Virus record (IMG/VR): IMGVR_UViG_3300034013_000063
Location: 1-25,134 of that record
Direction: 5' to 3' (one strand)
Source of the DNA: a virus
Taxonomy: Duplodnaviria > Caudoviricetes
DNA: 25,134 bases
Shown here one piece after another: positions 24,637 to 25,134 of this stretch; position 1 is the stretch's first letter; each line of letters starts with the position of its first letter. The notes under the pieces are model-generated. The model was not told the origin of the DNA, made no database searches, and worked only from the letters and a program-made list of their open reading frames with translations. The position numbers and the translations under genes were made by a program.

Positions 24637-25118
24637 TGGTGCAGGTATAGTTGCGCTGAGTTGTCTGTGTATTCTCCAAATACGATCCCGTGAGACCAAG
24701 CTAACGTTGATCGTCGTTTTCCTGCGTAATCCATTGACGGAATATCCGCCAAAGTTCCGACACAAAAGCCAATTGGATTTGACTGGTTGCGACCAGTCGC
24801 TTGACCGGCTCGATGAGCATGAGCCACAACACAGTTACCAAATGTCTCGGCTGAATCACGAATGAAGTTTTCCCCATAGAGAACCCCATGTCCCCAACTA
24901 AAACCGCCCAACTTATAGAATGATCTTTCAAGACAGTCATGGGTCTCAATAAACGTATGGCAGTGTTTGTTAATAGGCTCAACCATTCGTTCCCATACAG
25001 CCTCCGCAAATCCTCTGACAACAGCGTTATGGTGATTGAGATACTTCCTAGCTCGCTCATCGTGATTTCCTAAAGTGAACACCGTTGGGCGTAACTCATT
25101 GAGGAACTTTACTTCCCT
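24594..25118 (-). CDS. Calcineurin-like metallophosphoesterase, N-terminus missing
   Basis: TLGNHDER, GHG and AHAHR motifs. The frame is open up to an in-frame TAA at 25119-25121; the N-terminal DxH and GD motifs are absent. Confidence 0.75.
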   Translation of the reverse strand, partial: REVKFLNELRPTVFTLGNHDERARKYLNHHNAVVRGFAEAVWERMVEPINKHCHTFIETHDCLERSFYKLGGFSWGHGVLYGENFIRDSAETFGNCVVAHAHRAGQATGRNQSNPIGFCVGTLADIPSMDYAGKRRSTLAWSHGIVFGEYTDNSAQLYLHQWPQNEQNWHLPNF

Positions 25119-25134
25119 TTAAACATGCCAAAAT

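Noticed and set aside
1636-24765. Longest-ORF starts given by the track (1743, 7989, 10908, 11506, 19974, 21475, 21608, 24096, 24765)
   Set aside because: They extend into upstream genes or the structured leader. Downstream starts fit coupling and leader context better.
551-25060. Alternative-frame minus-strand ORFs (e.g. 551..754, 10406..10738, 18544..18939, 19892..20236, 24701..25060)
   Set aside because: Nested in or largely overlapping genes with clear family motifs, with atypical composition.
25076-25092. Third operator-like match (CACCGTTGGG)
   Set aside because: Inside a coding region, only a partial match, with no promoter context.
1-25134. Stop-codon reassignment
   Set aside because: Genes are full length and densely packed under the standard code, and TAA, TGA and one apparent TAG are used as stops.

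Overview
A ~25 kb piece of a compact, lambda-like tailed phage (Caudoviricetes, probably non-contractile tail). Every credible gene is on the minus strand, tightly packed and often with overlapping stop/start codons. In transcription order (right to left): 5'-truncated metallophosphoesterase, small HTH-like and DUF1653-like genes, a structured leader, DUF1376/YdaU-type replication initiator with internal iteron-like repeats, DnaB helicase, SSB, a sigma-region-4-like HTH regulator, a candidate late promoter and cos-like site, TerS, a PD-(D/E)XK nuclease, GpA-type TerL, a gpW-position protein, lambda-type portal, a ClpP-unknown domain-major capsid fusion, accessory virion and fibre genes, a four-gene membrane (holin/spanin-like) cassette with no endolysin, neck and tail genes with a very short tape measure, a 900 aa tail-tip protein, a small NGRKGGRP regulator, Red-beta (Bet) and a 3'-truncated Cas4-like DUF2800-type exonuclease. 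Six genes missing from the ORF track were read by hand. The most interesting signals are: (i) short repeated peptide motifs (LQE[DSN] and ADS..TVD) inserted in structural proteins next to two fibre genes, possibly a modular docking code for virion appendages; (ii) a C4-like pseudoknot/attenuator RNA ahead of the replication genes; (iii) an extra domain and internal start in the capsid fusion; (iv) a 16-bp operator-like palindrome shared by two promoters. All family assignments rest on motif recognition and synteny; no searches were run.
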